Counted from the first letter of the stretch, positions 29,232 to 43,350 are shown. The stretch is 64,000 nucleotides of DNA from Eledone cirrhosa (GCA_964016885.1 OZ024746.1:89962001-90026000), one strand, 5' to 3'. Translations and numbers: made by a program. Notes: generated by a model not told the origin, from the sequence alone.

Positions 29232-29802
29232 ATGTTTAGCGATTCTCAGATATAGAGAAGTCCACATTGTCGTTTCGATGTGTTTAGCGTTTCTCAGATA
29301 TAGAGAAGTCCACATTGTTGTTTCGATGTGTTTAGCGTTTCTCAGATATAGAGAAGTCCACATTGTCGTTTCGATGTGTTTAGCGTTTCTCAGATATAGA
29401 GAAGTCCACATTGTCGTTTCGATGTGTTTAGCGTTTCTCAGATATAGAGAAGTCCACATTGTTGTTTCGATGTGTTTAGCGTTTCTCAGATATAGAGAAG
29501 TCCACATTGTCGTTTCGATGTGTTTAGCGTTTCTCAGATATAGAGAAGTCCACATTGTTGTTTCGATGTGTTTAGCGTTTCTCAGATATAGAGAAGTCCA
29601 CATTGTTGTTTCGATGTGTTTAGCGTTTCTCAAATATAGATAAGTCCCTATTGTCGTTTCGATGTGTTTAGCGTTTCTCAGATATAGATAAGTCCATATT
29701 GTCGTTTCGATGTGTTTAGCGTTTCTCAGATATAGAGAAGTCCACATTGTCGTTTCGATGTGTTTAGCGTTTCTCAGATATAGACAAGTCCACATTGTCG
29801 TG
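29232..29802. repeat. 48-bp minisatellite, ~12 copies
   Basis: Unit GATGTGTTTAGCGTTTCTCAGATATAGAGAAGTCCACATTGT(C/T)GTTTC; explains the 16-aa repeat ORFs. Confidence 0.95.
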
Positions 29803-31019
29803 TCTATAGTGGATATGTATAAGCATATGTTCTGTATCACTGACATAGCTTTTTTCTATATATTGGTATATATTTCATTTTTCTCCCTTTAACTTGATCC
29901 GACAAGGGTATTGTTGTAGTCGCTCGCCTTGCTAACCAGAGAGGCAAAGACATTCTTCGAGATACATTGAAATGAAACAACGTTATTAACTCTATCATTG
30001 ACAAGTAGAATTCGGTGAATAAACCTGCCAACGAAATATCAAAAAAAGCAACATAGTTATGTATACAGAGACACAGACGTAGAAAACACAAACAAATATT
30101 TATAAACATATACAGACATACACACACACGTACACATACATACATACACGAACACGCACATACATACACACCCGCACACACACATACATACATACACACA
30201 CACACATATACATATATATATATATATATACAGTATATATACAGTATATATATATAGTGTAGTGAGAAATAATTATGTTATATCCAACTTTGGTAGAGCA
30301 CACAGTCCAAGAGACGGGTTTGGTATATAGTTAATTCTACAACAACTACCAAACCGACTGCTGGTGTGTTATACTGTTGCTGTATAGGGCATGATTATAG
30401 CTTTCTACAAAACATGGAGATGAAGGGGCACGTTTTGCGTGTGTGTTTGTGTGGGCTATCATACCTTTTACGCAAGCATATCCGAGAGACACCAGTGACT
30501 ATTTAGGATGGATCTATAGTTATGCCCTATATAGATGTGCTCGTCTAAGAATGCTAAGTACTTTTTATGTCCAATAATTCTAACTCCATGGGAATACCCA
30601 CGTGGCGAACAACTCCATCAACGCTCTCTCACTCGGATGATCAAGGAGAAAGCCACAATCATGCTTGCTGCAGCAACGGTTTAATAGCCAGTATCACCTC
30701 CACTCGGCACAACCAAGATGAGATCGGTGCAAATGTGTATATGTAGGAAGGCCGGTTTAACGAAAGCTTCCTTAACTGTGAAACAATCTTTAGACACCCA
30801 GACAGTTGATCACCCACGTAATTAATGTGCAAAATATGGTCACTCAAGCAAAAGAGCGCAGACTTCTCCATCAAATGGAAAGTCTTCAATAAATAAATAT
30901 ATCTGAGTAATGCAGATTCTGCATCGATGAAATATCAAATAAACGACTGTTCTCAAGTATAATTTGGTAATTGTTGCGGAAATAACTACACAGACACAGA
31001 GACAAACTCACACACACCC

Positions 31020-31103
<84 letters not shown>

Positions 31104-31132
31104 CACACACATACACATATACACACTCACAA

Positions 31133-31176
<44 letters not shown>

Positions 31177-31401
31177 AGTGGGATGGCGTCATTGTATGGC
31201 TAAAACAGCAGGAGCTGTGACCAGTGGGCGCCGAATGGCGCCCGACAGACTGGTCGATCAAGGTGATCAAGTTGATATACTTTAACAGACGTGAATCACT
31301 CAACGGCTTTTCATCCGGAATTTTATTATGATAAATAAGAGAGACTATTTTATTCGTTATACGTATTTCGAATCGAGTTATTATATTACTGCCTGAAGGA
31401 C

Positions 31402-31616
31402 TGTGGATTGGCAGTATGGGTAGAGATTCGGATAGCATGCTTCGCAGCATAGAGCAACGGTTCTTTACGTTCTGTGTTCAAATCCCACCGGGGTTACCCT
31501 TGCATTTCATCCTTAGAGGGTCGATAAATAAAGCACCTGTAATGCACTGGGGATCGATTTAATCGATATCCCTTCCCCCAAAATTGCTGGCTTTGTGCCT
31601 AATGTAGAAACAATTA
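31402..31616 (+). mobile_element. Octopus-type SINE (long-tail variant)
   Basis: Consensus match. Confidence 0.85.
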
Positions 31617-32084
31617 TATAAGTATCTTAAATCTTCAAAATGCGTTTAACGAATGAAATAAACTCTACGTATTATACGAGCGCAATCGCAAATGTTAGGA
31701 CTCCTTCCGATATTGCAACTTTTCCGTTAAAGTCCTGTGGATGATGCTTCGGGAAACCTAAGGAATCAAAATGCAGTGAGCCTCCAGAGTGATCCGCTGA
31801 TCTATATATATATATACTTATATGTATAAGTGTGGGTGGGAGTCATTGTAGAAATTGTGTGTGTGTGTATATGTTTACATATTAGGATAATTGATAATTG
31901 ATAGTTGATGATAATGATAAGTAATATGTAATTAATAGTAATTACTCGATAATTAATAATCATATATAATAGTCCTTATCTTAGATAACTATTAAAATAA
32001 TCTCTCCTTCCATCAGCAATTGCTATTCTTATAGTTCTTGATATTACCGAAACTATTAAGAATATTGTTACCGGTGCGATGCTT

Positions 32085-32165
32085 GTAGCTGTCTCTGTGG
32101 CCTAATGGGAAACCTTAGAGGCGGTGGAGATTCTGCACTGGGATTCAATCCTGGAAGAGAGTTAC
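32085..32165 (+). ncRNA. Degenerate tRNA-like/SINE head
   Basis: A-box TGGCCTAATGG, B-box GGATTCAATCC, pairing ends TAGCT(G)TCT/AGAGAGTTA. Confidence 0.4.
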
Positions 32166-32197
32166 ACGTACAGTTTGCTATTAATTTTTTAGGGCAG

Positions 32198-32375
32198 TAG
32201 ATTGGCAGTATCGGTAGAGCGTCCAACAACATGCATTATGGCATACCGTTCGGCCCCTTTACGAAATGAGCTCAAACCGTCCGGATAAAATAAGATACCA
32301 GTAACGTACTGAGGCCGATTTCATCGAGTTTCCCCTCCCCTTGAAATTGCTGGCCTTATGCATAAATCAGAAACC
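32198..32375 (+). mobile_element. Octopus-type SINE (internally deleted)
   Basis: gattggcagtatcggtagagcgtc ... aaattgctggccttatgc. Confidence 0.75.
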
Positions 32376-32434
32376 ATCATCATTGCGACGGTGATAACTG
32401 TGCTGCTGCTGCTGATCAATTGTATTTATTATTG

Positions 32435-32478
<44 letters not shown>

Positions 32479-32485
<7 letters not shown>

Positions 32486-32924
32486 GTTTGTATATGCATA
32501 ATAAAGCCAAAACAGTGAAGGTATGGACATAGAATAAAGAATGCAAATGCAAAAGATAGTGTTGACAATTAGTCTATTACCTTAGATTTATTTAAATGTC
32601 CTTAATTTTCGAGATAATATCTCTTCTTCGGGGGGAAGTAAATCGGTTAAACCAGTGTTCTAAATAGCTTGCGAATAGCTAAATGACTTGGCAAGCTATT
32701 TAGAACACTGGTTTAACCGCTTTACTTCCCTATGAAGAAGAGATATTATCTCGAAAATTAAGGACATTTAAATAAATCTAAGGTAATAGACTAATTGTCA
32801 ACGATATATTTTGCATTTGCATTCTTTATTCTATGTCCATACCTGCATTGTTTTGGCTTTATTATACATATACAAACGTTTATAACTCATTACACAATGC
32901 TTCAAGTGAACTATAACCTCCTCC
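32479..32924 (+). mobile_element. Foldback cassette (arms 32479-32672 / 32691-32884 plus 40-bp tail) with degenerate HHRs at ~32600-32635 (-) and ~32728-32763 (+)
   Basis: Cores CCGAAGA and ATGAAGA (consensus CTGAAGA)-AGAGATATTATCTC-GAAA-AT-TA-AGG. Confidence 0.75.
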
Positions 32925-32973
32925 ATATATATATATATATTAAGAAATGGAAACTATATTTATAAAACCATAT

Positions 32974-33040
32974 ATATTTCATTATACATATTTCAAGGAC
33001 ACCAAAGCAAATTATGGTGCGCTTTCATCACATGAAATAT
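32974..33040 (-). ncRNA. Hammerhead motif with C3 mutated (family of 9500)
   Basis: ATATTTCAT-GTGATGA-AAG..CACCA/TGGTG..CTT-GAAA-TATGTA-TA-ATGAAATAT. Confidence 0.65.
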
Positions 33041-33603
33041 AATATAGATCAGTTTTATAAACAAATATTGACATACCCTCAAATAATGCGACCATGTCGG
33101 TTGTAAGCTCCCGGGAGCATCCAACCGACATGGTCGCATTCCATAAGTACATATATATATATATATATATATGTGTGCATGTATGTATATATATATATAT
33201 ACATACTACTGTACGTGATTATACATATATGTATGTACGTGTACATACTTATGTTTAAGTAACAGACGTACTACAGCTTAATACGGGATGTTTGTTTACA
33301 AACGCACTGAGCATTATAATAAATGTTCAGTGAATCCATACGTACATATATATATATATGTGCATGTATGTATATATATATACATACTAGTGTTCGTCTG
33401 TATACATATATGTATGTACGTGTACATACTTATATTTAAGTAACAGCCGTACTAAGAGTGGGAAATGAAATTTCGTTTCATTTTTTCGTTTATCCTTTTC
33501 GGTGAACCCGGCCGATTAACCCAATCGATATGCAAATTGGGCTACTCAGCCATTAATATGCATAAGGTAAGTATATACGTTCAACAATCTGGCAGGAATG
33601 TAT

Positions 33604-33646
33604 ACGTTGCTGAGGATAGCTAATAAGCTTTAAACTAGTACAGCGT
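33604..33646 (+). ncRNA. Hammerhead copy with G12 to U substitution (probably inactive)
   Basis: ACGTTG-CTGAGGA-TAGCTAATAAGCTT-TAAA-CTAG-TA-CAGCGT. Confidence 0.7.
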
Positions 33647-34023
33647 TCCTTTGTCAGTGTTGAACAAACGAGCCACGATGGTTGCTAGACACTACGGCTT
33701 TATACGTGATGTTTGTTTACAAACGCACCGAGCATTATAATAAATGTTCGGTGAATCCATACGTACATATATATATGTGTACATGTATGTAAATATATAT
33801 ACATACTAGTGTTCGTCTGTATACATATATGTATGTACGTGTAGATACTTATATTTAAGTAACAGCCGTACTAAGTGTGGGAAATTAAATTTCGTTTCAT
33901 TTTTTCCGTTTATCCTTTTCAGTGCACCCGGCCGATTAACCCAATCGATATGCAAATTGGGCTACTCAGCCATTAATATGCATAAGGTAAGTATATACGT
34001 TCAACAATCTGGCAGGAATGTAT

Positions 34024-34066
34024 ACGTTGCTGACGATAGCTAATAAGCTTGAAACTAGTACAGCGT
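34024..34066 (+). ncRNA. Minimal hammerhead ribozyme, intact core
   Basis: ACGTTG-CTGACGA-TAGC-TAATAA-GCTT-GAAA-CTAG-TA-CAGCGT; stem I 6 bp, palindromic ACTAGT. Confidence 0.88.
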
Positions 34067-34327
34067 TCCTTTGTCTGTGTTGAACAAACGAGCCACGATG
34101 GTTGCTAGACACTACGGCTTAATACAGGATGTTTGTTTACAAACACACCGAGCATTATAATAAATGTTCGGTGAATCTTTACGTACATATATATATGTGT
34201 GCATGTATGTATATATTTATACATACTACTGTACGCGTGTATACATATATGTATGTACGTGTACATACTTATATTTAAGTAACAGCCGTACTAAGAGTGG
34301 GAAATGAAATTTCGTTTCAATTCTTCC

Positions 34328-34408
<81 letters not shown>

Positions 34409-34665
34409 GAGGGATACACACCGACACAGACACACACACCCATATATATATATATACACGTGTGTTTCTGATTATTTATTGAGTGCGTATATGTGTCTCT
34501 GCTTGTGTGTATTACGTATATGCAAATTCACATCAATTATCATATGTGATTTTGAACTCAACACCTGTTTTCTCTCCATAATTCGCTGACGCTTGACGAT
34601 TGCTCTAATCAGTGTTAATAAGTATGTTTCCGCCTTCGTCCATTTAGATATTATTATATATAACT

Positions 34666-34852
34666 GGTGGATTGGGAGTATCGGTAGAGAGTCGGACACC
34701 AGGCTTTGAAGCATAGAGTTGCGTCCCTTTATCATCTAAGTTCAAATCCCGCCGAGCTTAACTTTGCCTTTCATCCTTACGGGGTCGATAAAATAAAGTA
34801 CCAGTAATGTACTGGCTAATTGTTGGCCTTGTGCCTAAAATAGAAATAATTA
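34666..34852 (+). mobile_element. Octopus-type SINE
   Basis: Close consensus match. Confidence 0.88.
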
Positions 34853-35102
34853 TATATAATTAGGAATGTCTGATTGAACTAATTAGGCATCATTCGTAAT
34901 TTTAAACATTGAAATGTGTATCTTATGATTGGTTTAATGTGTCTGTGTGTTTTGATAGGAGGTTTGGCATAACTAATGTGTATTTCTATTCATAATATAC
35001 CGCTATGGTTGTTTATAAACGGTGCAATATAGGACGTATTTGAAACCTATTTTGAACGTATGTCCATTTTAGAGAAATGCAATGGAAACTTTTGTAATAT
35101 AC

Positions 35103-35480
35103 CGCTTCTTCCTCGCCCTCTTATTCCTAAGAGGATCGTGAGGGCAGATTCCACAAACACAAATTTCTAGGACTGCATCCTGTCAGAGGCAGTCCTAGAC
35201 AAATCATTCAAGCATGTCCATGCAGTTAATGAATGCCGTCCAACTATCTTGCTCGGGGTCAAACCCTGGGCATCCTGTCGGTTAGTTTTGTCCGTAAAAT
35301 CTGTCCAGCGATACTTTCCTGCGACATTCTAGACACATGCCCGTAGTATCGGAGCTGTGATCTCCCAATTCGGAGGAGTACGCTCTACCTGGAGGGAATC
35401 TGATCTCCGAGCTACAAAACTCTATCGAGTAACGTTCCTCCGAATACGCTTCGGAGGAAACCCATTTCGACCGATTTATT
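35103..35480 (-). mobile_element. RTE-like LINE 3' fragment
   Basis: Minus-strand translation gives YGHVSRM...PR..PRAR.LD-like C-terminal motifs, with stops. Confidence 0.6.
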
Positions 35481-38465
35481 CAAGATGATAAATATATAAA
35501 GAAGACAAATCCTTCATCATATACCTATGCAATACATGTTCTATTATGATACCTCATAATATATTATTTCATATGCATATATGTAAACATTGGCTCAGTA
35601 ATCTTGTTCATGTATTACAACAATGTTTTATAATTGATATTTTCTCACCATTATATCAACTAATTAAGAATGTGGATTGTTTGTATCGTATTGCATTATA
35701 TAAATGAGACTATATGTTATTGTAAATTCAATTTGTAATACTTAATGAACTCTTAACGTACGCTGCTGTTGAATTGTCTTAAGAATGATGTGAAATTAAG
35801 ATTACACTCGTGGTATCTGGTTAGAAATAGGTTTCTTGTGAAGACAACGCATTTTTAGTATGTATCAATTGATACATACTAAGTTGAAATTTCTAAACAC
35901 TAACTATTCTGAGCACGCGATTTCTTAATGGTCGTTGATTTTTTTGTGCATAAATGATACTCTGGGGAATTTCAAATATTTACGCTTCTCTCAATGTTGT
36001 TATTCTTAAATATGAATTCTCTATATGTTGAGAACTTGATTTTCTGTGCGTCCAGGGAAATTAGGAATACATTTTATAGCACGTGAATGGTGAAGTAAGC
36101 CGAATGTTATTTATTTATTTCAAATGTTATTTGATATCCAATGTGATGTTTTCATTGGTAATGTTTTCATTAACAACGATTAATGCTAGAGTATCAATAC
36201 GATGGTTGTTTTAAAATTCGAGTTGGGTAATTAGATTCGATTAGTTGAAAAGGAATAGGTGTATATTATTGACGTTTTTAACTGATATAGTTATTATTCA
36301 TTCAAAAGGGCTTTTCGAGGCACGAGTGTAGATTTTATAGAAGATGGTCTATTAATTCCTCTTACTAGTTGGATTGAATACTGAGTTATTAAAAACATAT
36401 CAGATAGTTAATACAAAATTGATACATCACCTATTTTAAGAAACCTCGATATGATTTTACTCAATTGTAAATGCTGTCACCTATTAATTATGTGTGTTTT
36501 GTATTCATTAATAATTCTTTTGGTATGTTCTTATCAGTGATATTTTTCCGTCTATGGGATATTTCTGTCATTTTATTTGCATAAAATCTCTTCTCAATTC
36601 TGTTAACTCATTATATTGATCATAATTTTCGCCAGAATGTTCTACTTAAAATAGTCGTCGCCATTTTCAATATGTCCGCATCCAATTGCTAGAAGTATTG
36701 CATCTCGCTGAACATGTACATAAGGGCTTTTGGTTCTTGTGTTTGTTTATATATTCTTCGACAGGGTGCGGATTTTATTGCTCTCTGCGCCCTAATTGGG
36801 AAACATGTTAGCGTCCCATTTTCTATGCGTTTGGTGGAAATGTCTATTGGGTGTTCGTTTGTTTTTCGTTAGCTATAATTAAATCGCTCTTTATAGGCTT
36901 AATATATATTCAATAGAATTTTCATTATGCATATTAAAGTAGGTTTCAATAATGTATTGCAGACTATATCAGTATTGAGATGTTGTAGACGCACTAATGG
37001 TAGACAAAAACATATATTCATCCGATTTTATAGACTATCAATTAAAATCTCGTAACTATGCTTTTACAAAATATTATTCTACAAATATCGAAAATTAGAT
37101 ACAAACATACATTATAATTACATCATTATATTACCATAACATATCGGCAAATAGTAAACACACCTTATCATGGTAAGCACTGAAGTTATGATCTTCTTAG
37201 AAAAGACCAATAACATTAAAATGTACATGTTAACAGTATTCAGCTGTAAAATATATTTACGACGAATTCTATAGAAATTTCGATAACATATCAATCAACA
37301 AAAAGTAGATAAAATCAAGCGCACTTAAATTACCTATTCAATATTTGAATTGAAATATTAAAGTAGCAAGTGTGAACTAATTAATTCATTACACGAACCG
37401 TTTCATTTTATGGACAAACAATTTCCATCATATTTTAAAATGTTTCAACGGTACATTAAATATTCATATCTAGAAATACATCCGTAAATTGAAGTAAACG
37501 TATATCGGTCCTGTTGAACTTCGGTTCCTCATAGTTCAATTTACAAATAATTTTCACAAATACAAGTATCATTATCAGTAGAAACGTAGAACAATTATCA
37601 TACGGATTTGTCATTCACAGTCAATCACTGCCCATATTGTGACGAGAAATATAACCTTATATTTTGTATACGTACACTACTTATTCAGATATCGATGTAG
37701 AAATATTCACACCCTAAATTCGCAACAAATATTCATAGATGTAATAACACAGTTTAATTACATGTTATCCATTTTAAATTTAAGGAAAATAGAGGATACC
37801 TCTAATTGGCGATAATAATCCAATTAACATCATTTGGGAAATTCTCATACATGTTTTATGAGCAATCTGACTATTTTATATCACTTTTGATTGTCATTGG
37901 TCTACATATGATGGCATGCCTTCTGCTTCTTCCATACTTATCAATTATAATTAGTTCTCGTTATTAGTGATGCTATTCGTAACATAACTGAAGGGATCTG
38001 TGTCATTGTAATCACGTTAGTTTGAATAGAACACTAGTATTATGAATAACTACTGTAGATCCTAAACATATGGAATTTACTTTTGCGACTTCAATGTCAA
38101 TAATTTAATTTGTATATTCTGTGTGCTACCTTTAGTATGCGCTTCAAAACATTCAAATACAAATTATGGACATCATATGATGTAAGCCCTTCATTTTACA
38201 TATGAATCAATGCAGCATATAATATGTGTACATATCAAATTCCTACAAAACACATTTCATTGGCAGTATATCATTGGGCAATGGTGGAGAAATGGAGAAG
38301 AATATGAACGACATTGCGTTTTCAAAGGAAATGAGTTATTCACAGGTTCTCAATATATTAATAACACAGAAGGTATATAATAATTAAATTAACATATTCT
38401 GAGCTTCCCAGGTGTTTGTATATATGTATGTTTTTCTGGTTGCATTATATAGTAAATGATCACTC

Positions 38466-38716
<251 letters not shown>

Positions 38717-38809
38717 CCGGTTGAACAACCGATGAGTAGTATATATGATACAGGTTATTTGTCACTGATATACAGATATCTATATTTCAGGAATATATAT
38801 ATATATCAG

Positions 38810-39038
38810 TCTTAATCTTAGGTTCTTCCGCGCCGTTCGGCGCATCGAGCAGTACATACTCGTCAACGGTCACGATCAGCGGCAACTTTTTCGAGAGCGT
38901 GCCAGGTGATGTTGGCTGCCATCAAGTCCTTCCCGAACGTTCGTCGCCAGGTGATACTTGGGCAACCCACCTCCATTTACCGCCAGGCAGAATCTAGTTC
39001 ATCGCTGTTTTCGAATGCCGTACATTTGGCAGACCGCA
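38810..39038 (-). mobile_element. RTE LINE extreme 3' end with short TAAGA(T) repeat tail
   Basis: GCPSITWRRTFGKDL...ITW...AADRDR.R...ARCAERRGRT* on the minus strand. Confidence 0.75.
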
Positions 39039-39047
39039 GAATATATA

Positions 39048-39090
<43 letters not shown>

Positions 39091-39094
<4 letters not shown>

Positions 39095-42000
39095 CAGATT
39101 TACCCGGCATAGCTCGGGGTTTGGAATTATGCTAAGAATATACAGTTAGGAAGTAAAAGAAGAACATCATTTGTTCCCAACCTGTCAAAATAAGCAGAAG
39201 TCTTCAATAATTAATGCAAACGAATATTTAGTGCAATCTTTGTACACATAAAACTATGCTGATAATGAAGGAAAACACTGAACAGGATGTAGTTATACAA
39301 ATGATTAAAGACAATACACCTTGCAAATCTGTAAAAAAAACAGGCAGTTTTGCTAAAGTACAACAAGTTGTAATGAAAGCAGAGTTGTATACAAACAAAA
39401 AAACAATGAGAGTAGAATAAGAGAAAATATATTATTTGAGAACATCCTTTGCTGTGTATGGTTAAACTTTTAACTTATAATCCAAAATATCCTGCATGAC
39501 ATATTCATTGGTATGTTTTGTAATGAGTAAGGTGAAGTCAATGCAGAGCTGTAAGCACTTCAGTATAGACGATATTCTTTGTTTTTCTTTCCGGAACAAA
39601 CGCAAAAAGATTATCTCGACTGCCAACTCGTGAGCAGGCAACGTAGAATTGTCCGTGCGAAAAGCAAGGTTCATCCAAGTGAATTCCAGCGACGGACAGA
39701 GTTTGACCTTGCGACTTGTTTACGGACATCGCAAAGGCAACACGAAGGGGAAATTGGGCTCGGCGAAAAGAGAAGGGTGTATCCAGGCCTGATGTAGTCA
39801 GGCTAATTTTTGTTATTATCACATCCTCGGCTTTTCCAGATTCGGATAGAATGGTAGCGTCAATACTAAGTGGAGACACTTTTATAACCACAAGGCCTGT
39901 ACCATTGCATAGTTTGGAGGAGTAATATTTCTCAGCAAAATAACTGGCGTTCCCTCTTTCAGAACCAATGGATTAGGAGGTAAATCAGAAGGATTTAAAG
40001 AATTTAGAACTTCAACTGTATAATTGACCGCATCCCGTGTATCACATACAGTATCAATAGATTTATATATCCGTGGACATCCATGAAGAAACTGAAGAAG
40101 CTGATCGTTAATACAACTAACCGTGATATTTTTGGGCGCAAGAATGGCTCTTTCGCATAGCCAATCAAGATTCGTATAGTTATCACGCAACTTCGGGAAT
40201 ACACTCGCCTTGATATCACCGACAGTTTCATCTACATTGCAGATGTGATCAATTACTATGTGTCGATCTGTATCCAGAGGTAGGTTACCATCTCCTATTG
40301 TAAGAATGTCTCTAGAAAATGTTGATGACAGAGAGTCCTCATGCAACCTTGCACGATCGTTGGTAGTTAGTCTTAATGATGTCATTGTCGCCACAATGGT
40401 GAAGACTTAAGACATGCATTTACCGCGTCTGCTCTTGTTCCTTTCAGTCTGTCTGAAGTCTCCTGATAGCAGAAGGGTGACCCCCCCCCCCATAACATCA
40501 CTGCAATCCCGTATGTCTTGCAAAGACCTGTCTAGTGCCTCAAGAGCACCTTTGTGCGCCAGTGTGCACTCATCCCAAACAATAAGGTGACACCTTCGCA
40601 GCAGATGAGCCTTTTCGGAGTCTTTGGTGATATGACAAGTAGGAGTTTCCAATTTTGACAAATCAAGGGTCAATTTAAAAACTGAATGTACCCTCCTTCC
40701 ACCAGGGAGCAAAGTTGCTGCGATTCCAGAGGACGCACCTGCTCTTGCTATGACCTTATTCTGTCTAACCTTTGCAAGAACAAATTTAGTAACGAAAGTT
40801 TTTCCTGTACCCCCTGGACCACCGAGGAAATATATGTCACCTCTTCTTTGAAATACCAATTCAGCAACGGTTGCAGTGATCCACTGAGATGATACACCTG
40901 GCCCTGTACTTTGAAAGTCGGCATAAATCCATCTTCCTTCAGACGTTTTGCACCGAAAGAGGTCATTTGAAACTCAATGTTGTACTGTCGGATATGCTTC
41001 AGAAAATCACGTGATTGTGAATGATTACCTGTTAGAATCATCTGAAGAGGTTGCGGTGGTTCCCTAAGGGTGGGAAAATTACCGCTGGAGCAGCACATTC
41101 CAGCTGATCCCCCCCCCCCCCCGACTTTTTAGCTTTACAATGTTGGCAAGTATTTGACATGGCATATATTTGAATATCAGTATGGATTTGATAGTTTACA
41201 TTAGGGTCATAATTAACTGCCTTAAGGTACCATTGTGATGCCTTTGAAATACCCCGCGATAAAGCTCTACGTTCAGCCTTACCCTCCAGCCGAATAGCTC
41301 GACTTGTTACAGTCTTTACAGCTCGTGCCGTAGCAGTAGCTGAAGCATTTCTCAAATGCCGACTTTGACTTTCTTGCTCAGTCTCAATTGCTCTTGCTGC
41401 AACATTAGCTGAAGCATTACGCGCACGGCGTCTTTCATATGTTTGTACTCTCTCTGCAGATATTGCTGCAGCAGTATCTGTAGCATGCATAGCAAGGCGT
41501 GTTTCATGTTGCTCTGTAGTCTCTGCAGCTCGTGCTGCAGCAGTTGCTTCAGCATTATTGGTTCGCCGCACTAACCGACGATCAGCGGCGGACAAAGATG
41601 TTGCTATAACTGTACTCACCGCATTTAGTGATTGTCTATTTTCGGTTATGAGCGGACCGTCATTTACATTCATTGTTTTCTTCGATCGATAGCCAATATG
41701 TGCATACTTTCTTTTACATGCATTTCTTTTACGTGCATATTTGGTGAAAAGTTGTAAAGTCCAAATGTATGAATTGATGCGTTACAGTTAACTTTGAAAG
41801 TACAACAAATGTTTGTTTGAATCAACATGGTTTTGCTTATGTAAGTTTTAAAAATGAAGAAGTTTTAGGTCCCCATGGTTTGAATGGAAAGTCCCATAAC
41901 GATCGTTCAAAAAAATAAACAAACCATCATCAACATCTCGTTACATAGAGACTGCTGCGAGAGTATGCCTTTTACGCGAAAATTAACACTTAATATAGTG

Positions 42001-42387
42001 AAACAAGTTAAAAAAACACTTGTTGTTTTTTTAACTTTGAAAGTGCAACAAAGAATAAACAAGAAACAATCGATAAAACCATCATTAAAATCTCGTCAAT
42101 CAAATGAATGTGATGCTTATATTGAAAAGTATGTTATCTCCCTTTTTTATAAGGATTGTCAATAAAGTTTATCTCCCTTACATCAATTTTTCTACCGACA
42201 ATTTTGATATCGATTGTTTATTGCTCAACGTGGGTCGATTTAAAAAATGTGTGTGATGTGACAATCTTATCGACCTGTGCAACGTGCACAAAACATTTGG
42301 TAAAATTCAGTTGGCAATTGTGAAAGCCTTACGCATGCAAAGTTGTACACAGACACACACATATCCTCGCTTTTATATATATACAGA
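39091..42387 (-). mobile_element. Internally deleted, degenerate Helitron (N-terminal region plus Pif1 helicase; Rep domain missing)
   Basis: 5' A|TCTGTATATATATAAAAG; 3' hairpin CCCGAGC-TAT-GCCGGG then CTAT (canonical CTAG); GPGGTGKT, LIVWDE, GDFRQ, ERAILAPKN, AFAMSVNKSQGQT and HGQFYVACSRV motifs. Confidence 0.93.
39538..40859 (-). pseudogene. Helitron Pif1-family helicase, frameshifted
   Basis: SF1B helicase motifs I-VI split over ORFs 40407-40859, 39882-40394 and 39538-39891. Confidence 0.9.
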
Positions 42388-42407
42388 TATACACGTGTGT
42401 GTGTGTC

Positions 42408-42438
<31 letters not shown>

Positions 42439-42499
42439 TGATTGCCAATTCTTCACAGAAAAGTACGCTCCCTTCTGAATCGACAGGAAAATTGCCTCT

Positions 42500-43350
42500 A
42501 ACCAGTCTACGGTACAGGCTTAATATGACATCCAGATAACCTTAGCCCATGAATGACCATAACAACATTGTCTCCTCCAAAGCGAATCAGCACAACAGGT
42601 ATTCCATCCAAACCTGGAACTTTCCCTTTGCTTAAGTCTTTGATAATATACATTATCTCATCAATGGTATGATCATTTATCACCCGTGTTAGTCTCCCTT
42701 TGTGGTAGTCCATTAATCATTTCTTCATCACCTAGAAGAGGGTTATGAAACATCTTTTAAGTGGTTAGTCCCCTGACTTATGATTTCTGCTGGACTTTTC
42801 GTATGGATGTACCCATTGTTTAATTTCATTCGTGACACCTTTGAGGAATGTTGGTCAGACAGTTGTCTTCTTGTGCTGTATAATGCTTCCATGTCTCTGC
42901 ATTTCTGCTCAAAGCTCTGACTACCATATATACTTCAACTTTCAAATCATACATCATAGATTTGAATTACCCCTTAAATATCTTCTCAAATTGGTCCTTC
43001 CCGGACCGTCTGAAGAAGGGTACCTCTCATACGGCTTGTTCTTCTCTTCATTGAACACGGTAATGGCAGCTTCATTATGATCAAACAAGGCTTGTTCTTT
43101 TGGCTTCTTAGGAAAGAGTATTTTATCCCCACCACTGCACATTTGTGTTTTAATGTATTCCGAAGTTTCAAGTGCATTATGAAGAATCTCTTTGTTTTCG
43201 AAACTTATATCTCTGCTGCCCTCGCCTTTCCTTTGATTTGTACGCTCATCTTGCCACATAGAAATTTGTTGTCTCTACAATGTTCTGCAGCACGCATCAC
43301 TCTTACGACGCAGATATTCTGGTGATTTGTCTCTCTTCCATGTAATTATA
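42500..43350 (-). mobile_element. Degenerate LINE (RTE-like) pre-RT region
   Basis: IIKDLSKGKVPGLDGIPVVLIRFGG resembles the GKAPG.DGIP.E motif. Confidence 0.65.

Larger units (their letters stand above)
33160..34331 (+). repeat. Tandem array of a 420-bp unit (~2.5 units plus a fragment); each full unit carries a hammerhead
   Basis: Lines 33601 and 34021 are near-identical (period 420). Confidence 0.92.

Noticed and set aside
29118-29846. 242-aa repeat ORF / CRISPR-like array / tandem HHR (CTGAGAA...GAAAC on the minus strand)
   Set aside because: Head-to-tail 48-bp minisatellite without unique spacers; the HHR-like boxes lack C3-G8 pairing and stems I and II
30480-30890. Possible PLE RT relic (NYVGD..., LAFLDEHI on the minus strand)
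   Set aside because: Motifs too degenerate to call without a profile search
32030-32066. TTCT-TGATAT..GAAACTATTA-AGAA, a possible stem-II-deleted hammerhead
   Set aside because: No stem II and an incomplete core
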